Positions 8,658-18,880 of a DNA stretch of 64,000 nucleotides are shown piece by piece. The position numbers and the translations under genes were made by a program. This DNA comes from Verrucomicrobiota bacterium (GTDB lineage Bacteria > Verrucomicrobiota > Verrucomicrobiia > Limisphaerales > CANJXF01), in NCBI GenBank assembly GCA_043775015.1, contig JAYVSV010000098.1:7501-71500 (forward strand). The letters run 5' to 3'. The notes under the pieces are model-generated. The model was not told where the DNA came from. It worked only from the letters and a program-made list of their open reading frames with translations, and made no database searches. Every line of letters starts with the position of its first letter. Positions within the stretch are counted from its first letter, which is position 1.

Positions 8658-10730
8658 CTAAAATTCCCGCAGTGCCTCGTTCGATTTGAATCGTTCGAGA
8701 TGCGTACTAATTTGTTCGACCAATTTGTTTTGGCCTACTTTGTCTGCTAGGCTTCGCGCTTGTTCTGCCGTTTGGATGGCCTCTGGAAATTGACCGGCTT
8801 CGGCGAGTGCCGCTGCAAGGGTGTCGAGGTAAACAGGATTCTCGTAGCGGACCAGCTCGCAGGAGCGCCTGGCCAACTCCACCGATTGCTGGCCGTTCCT
8901 GATTTGCGGATCGCTCGCGGTAGCTAGAATACGAGCGAGAAAATTCAGAGGCGCGGGCCAATTCGGTTTCAATCGCATGGCGGAACGGAGATGCTCAATG
9001 GCGTTAGGAAGCTGTTTTTGGCTCGCCAGTAGAATTCCCAATTGGAAGTGCGCTTGCTCATTTGCCGGATCCAAACGGACAACCTCAGAAAACTGCTGGA
9101 TAGCCTCAGCCCTGCCCTGCCGAACCAGGAACAAGGCATAATTAAAATGCGCTGCGCTGTTGTCCTGCTGGAGACGAATTGCTTCTTGAAAGTGCATTTC
9201 AATCTCCTGCGGTGCCCCTGACTTTTGTAACGCGACTGCTAAATTATTATGCGCTTCAGCATCTTTCGGATTCGCTTTCAATGCGGCTTGATAATGTGAA
9301 ATTGCTTCCGTCGTCTCACCGATTCGCGCCAGCGCGTTGGCCAGATTGTAATGGGTTTCGCCGTGGTCCGGCTTCACCTCCAACGCTGCGCGATAATGTT
9401 GGATGGATTCAGCCACTTTGCCTCGTCGTCCAAGAACCACGCCGAGATTAAGGTGAGCGGTGAAATTTTTTTCCGTGACGGCCAAATCTCTTTCGAAAAC
9501 CGTGACGGCGGTTTTCCAATATTGAAGTTGAACCCGGGTGATCAGGACGCAGGCGCAAATCGCAACGGCTGAGAGGATGAAGGAAACTTGTTTTGCAGTT
9601 TTGGCCAGGAGTTCTTGGGCGCCCCAAACCACGGCGATGAAAAGACCGATGAGCGGCACGTAGGAATAACGATCAGCCATCGATTGCGCGCCAACTTGCA
9701 CCAGACCGATCACCGGGACGAGTGTTCCGAGAAACCAAAACCAACCGGTTGCGAAATAGGGACGGCGGCGGGCAGCGCGAATTGCAATTAACGTAACCAG
9801 CAGCAAAATCATCGCTGCGCCCAAACTCTGCCATAGCTCCCATTGTCTCGACGGATAGAGCACCGCGAGATCGAGCGGCCAAATCGTTTTCCAAATATAT
9901 CTGCAATACGAGACCAGCGCGTTGGCGAGGCGCGGTGCCAGTGGCAGATGGGTGAGCGGCGCGACCGCGCCCACTTGTTTTTGGGCGTAAAAAGTGATGA
10001 TGCTGGAAATGATGGAGAGCGCGAAGAATGGAATCTTTTCGTAAAGGATTCGGCGATCGAGTCGGAGCGGAGGAAATTGAATTCGTTGCAGCGGCCAAAA
10101 ATCGAGGAGCAACAATAAAAAGGGAAGCGTGACCAGCATTGGTTTCGACATCAAACCGAGCGCGAAAAAGGACAGGGCGAGCATGTAATTGGTTCGAGCA
10201 GGCGACGTTTTCGCGGTGGGTTCCGTTGTGTTCGTAAAAATTTTGGCGTAGCGAAAATAACTTCCCAGCGCGAGCATGAGAAAGAATGTGCTGAGCACAT
10301 CTTTGCGCTCCGAGACCCACGCCACGGATTCGACGTGCAATGGATGCAACGCGAAGAGTGCCGCAACCACCGCGCTTCGCCACATGGCACCGGTAGCCAG
10401 CCTCAGAATAAAAAAAAGCAGCAGCGTATTTGCAATGTGAAAAAGCAGATTGGTGAGGTGATGGCCGGCCGGTTTGAGGCCGTAAATCTGGCAATCGAGC
10501 ATGTGCGAAAACCAGGTGACAGGATGCCAGTTGCCCGTCCGCCCGGATCGAAATGCCCACGCCATTCCTTCTGAAGTAATTCCGCGCTGAACGATTTTGT
10601 TTTCCGTGACGTAGTCGGGATCGTCAAAATTAATAAACTCGCTGCGGACGACCGAAAAAAAGGTTGTGAGCGTGACCAGCGCCAGAAAAAAACAAATCAG
10701 GTAAAAATGTTTTTGGTTGAGCGAATTCAT
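8658..10730 (-). CDS. Polytopic membrane glycosyltransferase-like (TMTC/PMT_2-type) protein with C-terminal TPR repeats
   Basis: About 10 TM helices after FINFDDPDYV (the DD motif of GT-C enzymes), then at least six TPR units (..AHLNLGVVL.., ..THYNLANAL.., ..AHNNLAVAL..). Confidence 0.75.
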   Translation of the reverse strand: MNSLNQKHFYLICFFLALVTLTTFFSVVRSEFINFDDPDYVTENKIVQRGITSEGMAWAFRSGRTGNWHPVTWFSHMLDCQIYGLKPAGHHLTNLLFHIANTLLLFFILRLATGAMWRSAVVAALFALHPLHVESVAWVSERKDVLSTFFLMLALGSYFRYAKIFTNTTEPTAKTSPARTNYMLALSFFALGLMSKPMLVTLPFLLLLLDFWPLQRIQFPPLRLDRRILYEKIPFFALSIISSIITFYAQKQVGAVAPLTHLPLAPRLANALVSYCRYIWKTIWPLDLAVLYPSRQWELWQSLGAAMILLLVTLIAIRAARRRPYFATGWFWFLGTLVPVIGLVQVGAQSMADRYSYVPLIGLFIAVVWGAQELLAKTAKQVSFILSAVAICACVLITRVQLQYWKTAVTVFERDLAVTEKNFTAHLNLGVVLGRRGKVAESIQHYRAALEVKPDHGETHYNLANALARIGETTEAISHYQAALKANPKDAEAHNNLAVALQKSGAPQEIEMHFQEAIRLQQDNSAAHFNYALFLVRQGRAEAIQQFSEVVRLDPANEQAHFQLGILLASQKQLPNAIEHLRSAMRLKPNWPAPLNFLARILATASDPQIRNGQQSVELARRSCELVRYENPVYLDTLAAALAEAGQFPEAIQTAEQARSLADKVGQNKLVEQISTHLERFKSNEALREF

Positions 10731-11707
10731 CAGCGGGCAAAAATCTGGCGAATGACATCTTCGATTGGCACCTCTTGAATATCAATGTCGCTCACGGGTA
10801 AATCGTCCAGCAGCGCTTTGCAAACGGAGATGACGCGGTCCCGTTTGACCTTGAGCTTGATGGTGTCTGAAGTTCGTTCGATGACTTCTCCATACTTGGA
10901 GAGATCGGTGTTTTGGCAATTCGTCGCAGCGCCACAGGAAATGGTGACCAACTTTGAATCCGCAAACCGGTCGAGAATTTCACTGAGCCGGCCATCGAAG
11001 AAAATGGTTCCCTTATCAATGATGATCACGCGCTGACATAATTCCTGGATGTCAGCCATGTAGTGACTCGTCAGCAGAATGGTGGTTTTTTTGGTGGCAT
11101 TATGATTGCGCAAAAATTCGCGGACTGTTTTCTGTGAAATGACATCCAGGCCAATCGTGGGTTCGTCGAGAAAAAGCACTTTCGGTTGGTGAAGCAGCGC
11201 GGCGATTAACTCCATTTTCATTCGCTCGCCGAGAGAGAGTTCGCGAACGTTTACGTCCAGTTTGTCTTTTACGTCCAGCAATTCCGTTAATTCACTCACA
11301 GTCCGCTTGAATAGCTTTTCGTCGATGCCGTAAATTTTGCTGTTGAGCTCGAGTGATTCGCGCGCAGGCAGATCCCACCAGAGTTGATTTTTTTGGCCGA
11401 GGAGCAGGGCGAATTGCCGACGATAACCGTCATCACGTTCCCATGGCACATAACCGAGAACGCGCGTCGAACCGCCGGTCGGGTAAAGTAAACCGGACAA
11501 CATTTTGAGGGTGGTCGTTTTACCTGCGCCATTGGGTCCCAGAAAACCGACCAACTCACCTTCTTCAACGCTGAAATTAACGTCTTTGACGGCGAGGGTT
11601 TGTTCGTATTTGCGGTGAAACAACCCGCGCACTGCGCCCATGAACCCAGGTTGCTTTTTGTAAGTGCGAAATGCTTTTGTCAGCCCCTGAACTTCGATGA
11701 GCGGCAT
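10730..11707 (-). CDS. ABC transporter ATP-binding protein with no adjacent permease
   Basis: Walker A GPNGAGKTT, signature LSLGERMKM, Walker B LFLDEPTIGLD. Its stop overlaps the start of the downstream TPR gene (TGATG). Confidence 0.9.
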   Translation of the reverse strand: MPLIEVQGLTKAFRTYKKQPGFMGAVRGLFHRKYEQTLAVKDVNFSVEEGELVGFLGPNGAGKTTTLKMLSGLLYPTGGSTRVLGYVPWERDDGYRRQFALLLGQKNQLWWDLPARESLELNSKIYGIDEKLFKRTVSELTELLDVKDKLDVNVRELSLGERMKMELIAALLHQPKVLFLDEPTIGLDVISQKTVREFLRNHNATKKTTILLTSHYMADIQELCQRVIIIDKGTIFFDGRLSEILDRFADSKLVTISCGAATNCQNTDLSKYGEVIERTSDTIKLKVKRDRVISVCKALLDDLPVSDIDIQEVPIEDVIRQIFAR

Positions 11708-11727
11708 AATTTATAGAAGAGAATCAT

Positions 11728-11755
11728 AAAATTCACAAAAAGCTTTGTGAATTTT
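11728..11755 (-). terminator. Perfect 12-bp inverted repeat downstream of dnaA (terminator and/or DnaA-box-like pair)
   Basis: aaaattcacaaa-aagc-tttgtgaatttt, 30 nt after the dnaA stop. Each arm contains ATTCACA, which resembles the TTATTCACA boxes upstream of dnaA. Confidence 0.45.
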
Positions 11756-11784
11756 TCACCTCTAGCGCGAATGAGTTGCGTGAT

Positions 11785-13146
11785 TTATCGCAGCAATTGC
11801 TTTTCCAGATAGCTGACGACCTGGCGCACGTTGGAATCGACTTCCATCCGGCCTTTCACCAAGCGGCAGGCGTGCAAAACAGTTCCGTGATCACGTCCAC
11901 CAAACGCTTCGCCAATGGTGTTGAGTGAACTTTCGGTCATCTGCCGGGCAAGGAACATCGCGATTTGTCGGGGAAACGCGATGTTTTCTGGACGGCGTTT
12001 GCTCGTCATGTCAGCAAGGCGAATATCAAAATGTTCGGCCACGCGTTTCTGAATGACATCTATATTGATGGTGAATCGGCCTTCTTCGTGGAGAACTTCG
12101 CGGAGCAATCCTTCGATCATTTCCAGCGTTAATCTTTTTCCGGTCAACGAGGCGTAAGAAGCGACGCGGATCAATGCGCCTTCCAACCGACGAATGTTGG
12201 TGCGGATGCGATGGCCGAGGAAATTTATAATTTCTTCCGGCAAATCAACACCCATCGCGGCGGCTTTTTTGCGCAAAATGGCCAGACGCGTTTCCACATC
12301 AGGCGGTTGCATGTCGGTGACCAAACCCCATTCGAAACGGGAGACGAGGCGATGCTCCAGATTTTGAATTTCACTAGCCGGTCGATCGCAGGTCAAAACG
12401 ATCTGTTTGTGGGCTTCATGCAAGGCGTTGAACGTGTGGAAAAACTCTTCCTGAATGCGTTCTTTACCAGCGAGAAATTGGATGTCGTCGATCAGGAGAA
12501 CATCGGTCTGGCGATATTTTTTTCGGAATCGAACGAGTTGGTTATTTTGAATGGCGTCGATGTATTCGTTGGTAAATTTCTCAGAGGAAACATAGGCAAC
12601 TCGCGCCGTTTTTTTGTGGGCAGTGACGTATTGGCCAATCGCGTGCAGTAAATGAGTTTTGCCCAAACCAACGCCGCCGTAGAGAAAGAGGGGATTATAC
12701 GATTTACCCGGTGCCTGCGCGACCGCCATTGCCGCGGCGTGCGCGTGATTGTTGGTCTCGCCGACGACAAATGTTTCGAACGTATTCTTCGGGTTGAGAA
12801 CCAGTTCGCGGTTCAGTGCCGCGCTCCGTTCCGCTTGGTCGGAGTCGAGTTTCGCTTTGCTCTTCGGCAGAACGGGTTCGCTGGAAATTGATGTGCCCGA
12901 GCCGACTTGGAATTTAACTTCGAGTGGCTGACCAGAACTATGGAGCAGAACGTCGCGAATCAATCCGAGGTAATTGTCTTTGAGCCAAACTTCGCAAAAA
13001 TCGTTGCTGACTTCCAAGGTGATAACCTCGCCGTTCAACGCGGTGGCGCGGACCGGCATGAACCAAAGGTTGTAGATATCGGCGTTGAGCATCGTGCGAA
13101 GCATCTGCTGCGCGCCGGTCCAAATTTTTTCTGCGGAGACTTGCAT
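11785..13146 (-). CDS. dnaA: Chromosomal replication initiator protein DnaA
   Basis: Walker A GGVGLGKTHLL, LLIDDIQFL, and the C-terminal DNA-binding signature GGRDHGTVLHA. The ATG at 13146 (MQVSAEKIW) is preferred over the GTG at 13173 given in the ORF track. Confidence 0.95.
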   Translation of the reverse strand: MQVSAEKIWTGAQQMLRTMLNADIYNLWFMPVRATALNGEVITLEVSNDFCEVWLKDNYLGLIRDVLLHSSGQPLEVKFQVGSGTSISSEPVLPKSKAKLDSDQAERSAALNRELVLNPKNTFETFVVGETNNHAHAAAMAVAQAPGKSYNPLFLYGGVGLGKTHLLHAIGQYVTAHKKTARVAYVSSEKFTNEYIDAIQNNQLVRFRKKYRQTDVLLIDDIQFLAGKERIQEEFFHTFNALHEAHKQIVLTCDRPASEIQNLEHRLVSRFEWGLVTDMQPPDVETRLAILRKKAAAMGVDLPEEIINFLGHRIRTNIRRLEGALIRVASYASLTGKRLTLEMIEGLLREVLHEEGRFTINIDVIQKRVAEHFDIRLADMTSKRRPENIAFPRQIAMFLARQMTESSLNTIGEAFGGRDHGTVLHACRLVKGRMEVDSNVRQVVSYLEKQLLR

Positions 13147-13590
13147 TATGATTTCTTGCCCTACTTTATTCACCGGGCAACGTGCGTGCCCTTTAAAATC
13201 AATTGTTTGTTGCGGTTTTCGGTGATTTTCATCGGTTTAACTGTGTCAAACATAGTTAATAATGAATCGCTCCGGAAAATTTGTTTTTAATTGTTTGTAA
13301 ACACTTCTAAAAAAGGCACTTGTAACTTCCATAAAATGGTTGCCTTAAGATTGCTTCATCAAATTCTAAACTTCATTTGTCCGCCCGTTTTGAGCGGGAG
13401 TGTTGTATGCAATGCGAACGGCAGTGACGAGGACAACATATTAACTTTTATTCACGACTTATTCACACCGCTAATCCCCTTTAAAATCGGGCTTTTCATT
13501 ATATTTTGTCCAGTTGGTTGACTGAATAAAACCACTTTCGTTAATAACTTTTTCGATACGTGATCTTTCCTGTTCTTGCGAGAGTTGCGC
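13147..13590. promoter_or_regulatory. Candidate oriC / dnaA promoter region
   Basis: A 444-bp AT-rich non-coding gap. DnaA-box-like 9-mers are TTATTCACC (13166-13174), TTATTCACG (13448-13456) and TTATTCACA (13459-13467). A duplicated 12-mer ccctttaaaatc occurs at 13189-13200 and 13477-13488. Confidence 0.45.
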
Positions 13591-13998
<408 letters not shown>

Positions 13999-14261
13999 TT
14001 ATAAAAATTACAGTTGTATTCACTAAAAAATCAGTCGCGGAAGATCATTCGTAAACCTTATCTGCCTTTATTATTTCTATAATACTTTTAAAACGCGCTT
14101 GACGTAAATTAGGGGCGATGATTAACTGTTTTCAGATTACGCAACTGAATTTCGGGCAAGTTAAAATTGTTCTTTCTGCCCATTGTTTTCGGCCGCTGCT
14201 CAGTACAGGTACGCGACCGGATATCTACGTGATCCACATTTGTACTAAATTCGAAAATTCC

Positions 14262-14305
14262 CCGGGCTTCTCAGTCATCCCCTGACTGCTTAGCCCGGTT
14301 TTTTT
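14262..14305. terminator. Bidirectional hairpin terminator
   Basis: ccgggcttctcagtcatcccctgactgcttagcccgg is followed by 7 T on the plus strand. On the minus strand it starts 5 nt after the amidohydrolase stop and is followed by aattttcgaattt. Confidence 0.6.
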
Positions 14306-15302
14306 ATTTATTTGGGATGCGCAACAATTGATTGATCCGCACGAAACTTTCCTTGGAGAATCCCATCGCTTTTTTCAACTGGTAATCTCGTTCCAAAACA
14401 TTCGGGTGACGGTCCCAAGTTTTCATATCTTGATACGGCAACAGTCCGCGCATCCATGCCCACCTTCCATAAACGGGCACCGGAAAATCACTCCCGTGCA
14501 ACATGCGATCCGAGAGCGATTCATGCAGGCAAAGAGGAATGCGGCGTCCTCGAACCGGAGTGTTGAATGCGCTGTTATCAGCGTAAAGTCGCGGATGACG
14601 GCGCGTCATATCAGCAAAAACCGCAAAGTAATCACGATCAAAGAACCCGCTTTTCGTTCCTGCATGTGCGGCGATGACCGTTACACCGCACTGGAGAGGC
14701 AATTCCAAAGTTCGCGGATCGGCGAATTCCTTGCGCACCACTGGAACCGTATGCTCGCCTCCCGTATGGGCGAGCAAGGGAAGGCCCGCTTCGGCCATGC
14801 GTTCCCAGAAACGGGTGTAGCGGCGGTCATTGCAATCAATATTTTGGCAGTTCGGCAGGCATTTCATCATCACGGCACCGTCGGCGAGGCATCGTTCCAA
14901 TTCTTCCAACGCATCGGGACGGGCTGGATGAATCGAAACTGCGGGCAGAAATTCCTTGTGCTCGCGAGCCAATTTCAAAACGTAATCGTTCGGGACGTAG
15001 AGCGAGCCGATTCCTTCCAAAACGCGGCCATTCTCATCCCGAACTTCTTCGTGCGCCAGAATGACGACTTGCTCGAAAGAAGAACTGCGAACCAGTTCCA
15101 GCAGACGATTGATGTAGAGTTGATCCAGGTCGCCAGCCAACGTGCTCACGGGGAGACCAATATGCCGCAGCATAAATGCCGCGAGCAGCCGATGCCATCC
15201 AGTCACTCTCATCCGACAGCCGGTTCCGCCCGTGCCGTTTCCCACGATATGCACATGCATATCGATCGGTTTCGCCTTCGTTGCTTCAGTTTTCACTTCC
15301 AT
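14304..15302 (-). CDS. Amidohydrolase-family (TIM-barrel metal-dependent hydrolase) protein
   Basis: N-terminal DMHVHIV (HxH), with later LLAHTGGEH, AAHAG and HGSDFP ligand-like motifs. Confidence 0.75.
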   Translation of the reverse strand: MEVKTEATKAKPIDMHVHIVGNGTGGTGCRMRVTGWHRLLAAFMLRHIGLPVSTLAGDLDQLYINRLLELVRSSSFEQVVILAHEEVRDENGRVLEGIGSLYVPNDYVLKLAREHKEFLPAVSIHPARPDALEELERCLADGAVMMKCLPNCQNIDCNDRRYTRFWERMAEAGLPLLAHTGGEHTVPVVRKEFADPRTLELPLQCGVTVIAAHAGTKSGFFDRDYFAVFADMTRRHPRLYADNSAFNTPVRGRRIPLCLHESLSDRMLHGSDFPVPVYGRWAWMRGLLPYQDMKTWDRHPNVLERDYQLKKAMGFSKESFVRINQLLRIPNK

Positions 15303-15356
15303 TTTGATTTATGTTCGCCTTCGGAAATTTTATGAAATATAGGTGACTGCCATTCA

Positions 15357-18300
15357 ATGAAACCAGATTCTATTTTAGCCCGGGCGCTTTTCGCCGCCTT
15401 TGTTCTCTCTGCCATTTCGGTCATGGCGGATGAAAATCCTTTCGCCGACATCATTCGCAAAACCGAGCCGCTCGCTCCGGCCGAAGAACAAAAACAGTTC
15501 CATTTGCCGCCCGGTTTCGAAATCCAACTCGTCGCCGCCGAACCGGAAATCGCCAAACCAATGAACATGGCGTTCGACAACAAGGGGCGTTTGTGGATCA
15601 CGCAATCGCGCGAATACCCATTTCCCGCGCCTTTGGGTAAAGGCCGCGATGCCATCCAGGTTTTAGAAAATTTCAACGCCAATGGTCGCGCGGAAAAAAT
15701 TTCCACGTTCGTCACCGGCTTGAATATTCCGATTGGACTCTATCCGTATCGCAACGGAGTAATCGCATTCAGCATTCCGAACATTTCATATTACGAAGAC
15801 ACGAACGATGATGGCCGGGCGGACAAAACCAATTTTCTCTTTGGCCCGGTTGGATTTGATCGTGACACCCACGGTATGACCAGCGCGTTTCGTCGCGGCT
15901 ACGATGGCTGGCTTTACGCGTGTCACGGTTTTAACAACAACACGACCCTTACCGGCAAAGACGGCAGTTCCATCACGATGAATTCCGGCAACACCTATCG
16001 CATGCGGCTCGACGGTTCGCGTGTGGAACAATTCACGCACGGTCAGGTGAATCCATTTGGCCTCGCCTTCGATCCGCTCGGCAATTTGTATTCGGCCGAT
16101 TGCCATAGTTCGCCGATTTATCAACTGATTCGTAACGCATATTATCCGAGCTTCGGCAAGCCGCACGACGGTCTCGGCTTCGCCCCCACCATGATGGACC
16201 ACTCGCACGGCTCCACTGCGATTGGCGGAATCGCTTATTATGCTGACACGCAATTTCCGGAGGCGTTCCGCAAAAACCTTTTCGTTGGCAACGTGATGAC
16301 TTGTCGGATTAATCGCGATTCCATCATGGAACATGGCGCAACTTGGCGCGCCAAAGAAGAACCCGATTTCCTGAGTTCTGATGATCCTTGGTTTCGCCCG
16401 GTCGATTTGCAACTCGGGCCGGACGGCGCGATTTACGTCGCCGATTTTTACAATCGCATCATTGGTCACTACGAAGTGCCGCTCGATAATCCAGGCCGCG
16501 ATCGCGATCGCGGACGCATCTGGCGGATTGTTTATCGCGGCACCAATGCAGTGCAAAAATTTGTCGCGCAAAATCCCAAACTGCGCGACGACAAAGCGTC
16601 CACCGCCGATCTGATCAAAGAATTAGGCCACGCCAACATTACCCGCCGCATGCTGGCCACGAGCGAATTGACCGATCGAGTCGGCGCATCGGCCATCAAG
16701 CCGCTGGAGAAAACCGTTTTGAAATCGACGAACGCATTTCAAAAACTACAAGCGCTTTGGGCGTTGCAACGGCTCGGCAGCAAAAATGAAAAAGTTCTGA
16801 ATCACGCGGCCAACGATGCTGCGGTCGAAGTTCGCGTGCATGCGATGCGAATCATGGGTGAAGCAGCGGAATGGAATCCTGCTCGACAAAAACTCGCGCT
16901 CGCCGCTCTGCATGATTCTGATCCGTTGGTGCGGCGCGCGGCTTGCGAAGCACTTGGATTGCACCCGGATTTCGCGCACATCCAGCCGATGCTCGACGCA
17001 CGTGCGCAAATTGAAGCCGAGGACACCCATTCGATGCACGTCTCGCGCATGGCGTTGCGCAATCAATTTATTGCCGCAGAAATTTTTCAGCGCGTGCAAG
17101 ATTTAAATCCAAGCGAAAAGGAGGCTCGCGCCATCGCAGAGGTCGCGCTGGGTGTGACCAATGCGGGCGCGGCAGATTTTCTCCTGGCGTATATTCAAAA
17201 ATTCCAGAACGAAGACCGCGAGAAGCTGAATTTATTCTTGCGCCACATCGCGCGCTACGCTCAGTCCGATTCAGAAAAACTCGCGGCCTTCACTGAAAAC
17301 AAATTCGCTGACGACCTCGATTTTCAATTCGTATTGTTCAAATCGATCCAGGAAGGGGCCGCGCAGCGCGGACGCGAACTTTCCAAGGCGACTCGCGATT
17401 GGGGCGCCCGCCTCGCGGACAAGTTGCTTGCGTCGGCGGACAAGAATTCGCTCGAATGGCGAAACATGCCGATTCCTGGCAACGACACGACCAACCCGTG
17501 GTTTGTGCAACGCCGCATGGCCGCTGACAAAAAAGGGGGGCAATTCATTTGCAGCCTGCCGCCCGATGGCGAAAAACTGACCGGTGTTCTGCGCTCCAAG
17601 TCGTTCACCATTCCGAAGTCGTTGCGATTTTATCTTGCGGGTCACGATGGTTTTCCTGACCAGCCGATGCGCAACAAAAATTTTGTTCGCCTGCGTGATG
17701 AGGCCACTCAGAAAATTCTGGCAAGCGCGGTGCCGCCCCGAAATGACATTGCGCAAATCGTGACCTGGGATCTTAGCGCGGTGGCCGGCCAGAAAGGATT
17801 TCTCGAACTCGTCGATGGAAATACCGGCACCGCTTTCGCCTGGCTCGCTTTTGGGCGATTGGTCCCATCCGTCGTTTCGGTTACGAACATGAGCAACCAG
17901 GTCGAGCAGCGCCAGCAGGCCGCGGCGGAACTGGCCGCGTCGTTTCACCTCGGCAAACTGGAACCGCAACTCGCGCAAATTCTCCGCGACGAAACCGCCG
18001 ATGTCGCAACACGATCTGCCGCCGCCCATGGTTTGGCCGTGCTCAACCCAACGGCGCACGTGGCTGAATTTGGAAATGTTTTGCAGGAAGGCACCGCACC
18101 AGGAAAGTTGCGCGATCAACTGGCGCAGGTTTTGTCCGACATTAATTCCGCCGATGCGCGAAAAATTTTGATCGAAACGTTGCCGAATTCCCCTTCGACT
18201 TTGCAATCGAAAATCAGTCTCTCTCTCGCCAGCAGCGCCGATGGCGCGGAAGCGCTGTTGTCGTTGGCCGAGCAGGGGAAAGTTTCCGCGCGCCTGCTGC

Positions 18301-18869
18301 AGGAAAGTGCCGTGCGCGATCGTCTCGGCGCGTTGAAAACGGCCGACATCAAACCACGACTTGAAAAGCTGGTTGCGGGACTCACGCCGCCGAGTGTGGA
18401 GAAACAAAAATTGATCGACGAACGCCGCATGAAATTTTCGCAAGCGGAGAATAATGCGGCCCTTGGCCAACAGATTTTTACGAAAAATTGTGCGGTTTGC
18501 CATCAGCTCGACAAACAGGGCGCGGTGGTCGGTCCGCAGTTGGATGGCGTGGGCAGTCGTGGCGGCGACCGGTTGATCGAGGATATTCTCGATCCGAATC
18601 GAAATGTGGACCGCGCGTTTCGCACGTCGATCGTTGTTCTAAAAGATGGCGATGTGCAAAGCGGGCTATTTCGTCGGCAGGAAGGCGAAACGGTGGTGCT
18701 GGCGGATGCGACCGGAAAAGAAATTTCCATTCCGCAACAACAGATCAAGGAACGACACGAATCAGAATTGTCGCTGATGCCGGACAATTTTTCCGACCTG
18801 ATCGCGCTGGATGATTTTAACAACCTGATTGCGTTTCTCATCTCAAAAGGAAGCAAGGCTCCGAAGTGA
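15357..18869 (+). CDS. PVC-type putative membrane-bound dehydrogenase / HEAT-repeat / c-type heme-binding protein
   Basis: Signal peptide, then PGFEIQLVAAEPEIAKPMNMAFDNKGRLWI (the TIGR02604-like N-terminal domain as I recall it). HEAT-like repeats follow (DPLVRRAACEALG). The C-terminal CAVCHQLDKQG..GPQLDGVGSRG resembles the TIGR02603-like CxxCH domain. Confidence 0.85.
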   Translation: MKPDSILARALFAAFVLSAISVMADENPFADIIRKTEPLAPAEEQKQFHLPPGFEIQLVAAEPEIAKPMNMAFDNKGRLWITQSREYPFPAPLGKGRDAIQVLENFNANGRAEKISTFVTGLNIPIGLYPYRNGVIAFSIPNISYYEDTNDDGRADKTNFLFGPVGFDRDTHGMTSAFRRGYDGWLYACHGFNNNTTLTGKDGSSITMNSGNTYRMRLDGSRVEQFTHGQVNPFGLAFDPLGNLYSADCHSSPIYQLIRNAYYPSFGKPHDGLGFAPTMMDHSHGSTAIGGIAYYADTQFPEAFRKNLFVGNVMTCRINRDSIMEHGATWRAKEEPDFLSSDDPWFRPVDLQLGPDGAIYVADFYNRIIGHYEVPLDNPGRDRDRGRIWRIVYRGTNAVQKFVAQNPKLRDDKASTADLIKELGHANITRRMLATSELTDRVGASAIKPLEKTVLKSTNAFQKLQALWALQRLGSKNEKVLNHAANDAAVEVRVHAMRIMGEAAEWNPARQKLALAALHDSDPLVRRAACEALGLHPDFAHIQPMLDARAQIEAEDTHSMHVSRMALRNQFIAAEIFQRVQDLNPSEKEARAIAEVALGVTNAGAADFLLAYIQKFQNEDREKLNLFLRHIARYAQSDSEKLAAFTENKFADDLDFQFVLFKSIQEGAAQRGRELSKATRDWGARLADKLLASADKNSLEWRNMPIPGNDTTNPWFVQRRMAADKKGGQFICSLPPDGEKLTGVLRSKSFTIPKSLRFYLAGHDGFPDQPMRNKNFVRLRDEATQKILASAVPPRNDIAQIVTWDLSAVAGQKGFLELVDGNTGTAFAWLAFGRLVPSVVSVTNMSNQVEQRQQAAAELAASFHLGKLEPQLAQILRDETADVATRSAAAHGLAVLNPTAHVAEFGNVLQEGTAPGKLRDQLAQVLSDINSADARKILIETLPNSPSTLQSKISLSLASSADGAEALLSLAEQGKVSARLLQESAVRDRLGALKTADIKPRLEKLVAGLTPPSVEKQKLIDERRMKFSQAENNAALGQQIFTKNCAVCHQLDKQGAVVGPQLDGVGSRGGDRLIEDILDPNRNVDRAFRTSIVVLKDGDVQSGLFRRQEGETVVLADATGKEISIPQQQIKERHESELSLMPDNFSDLIALDDFNNLIAFLISKGSKAPK

Positions 18870-18880
18870 ACTTCTTCTGA

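Noticed and set aside
14328-15335. 335-aa plus-strand ORF
   Set aside because: It is fully antisense to the amidohydrolase gene, whose HxH and other motifs are clear. Its own sequence is Arg/His-rich with no recognisable motif. I treat it as a shadow ORF.
17271-18503. 410-aa minus-strand ORF
   Set aside because: It is antisense to the C-terminal half of the heme-binding giant. It is Arg-rich and low in complexity, with no motifs.
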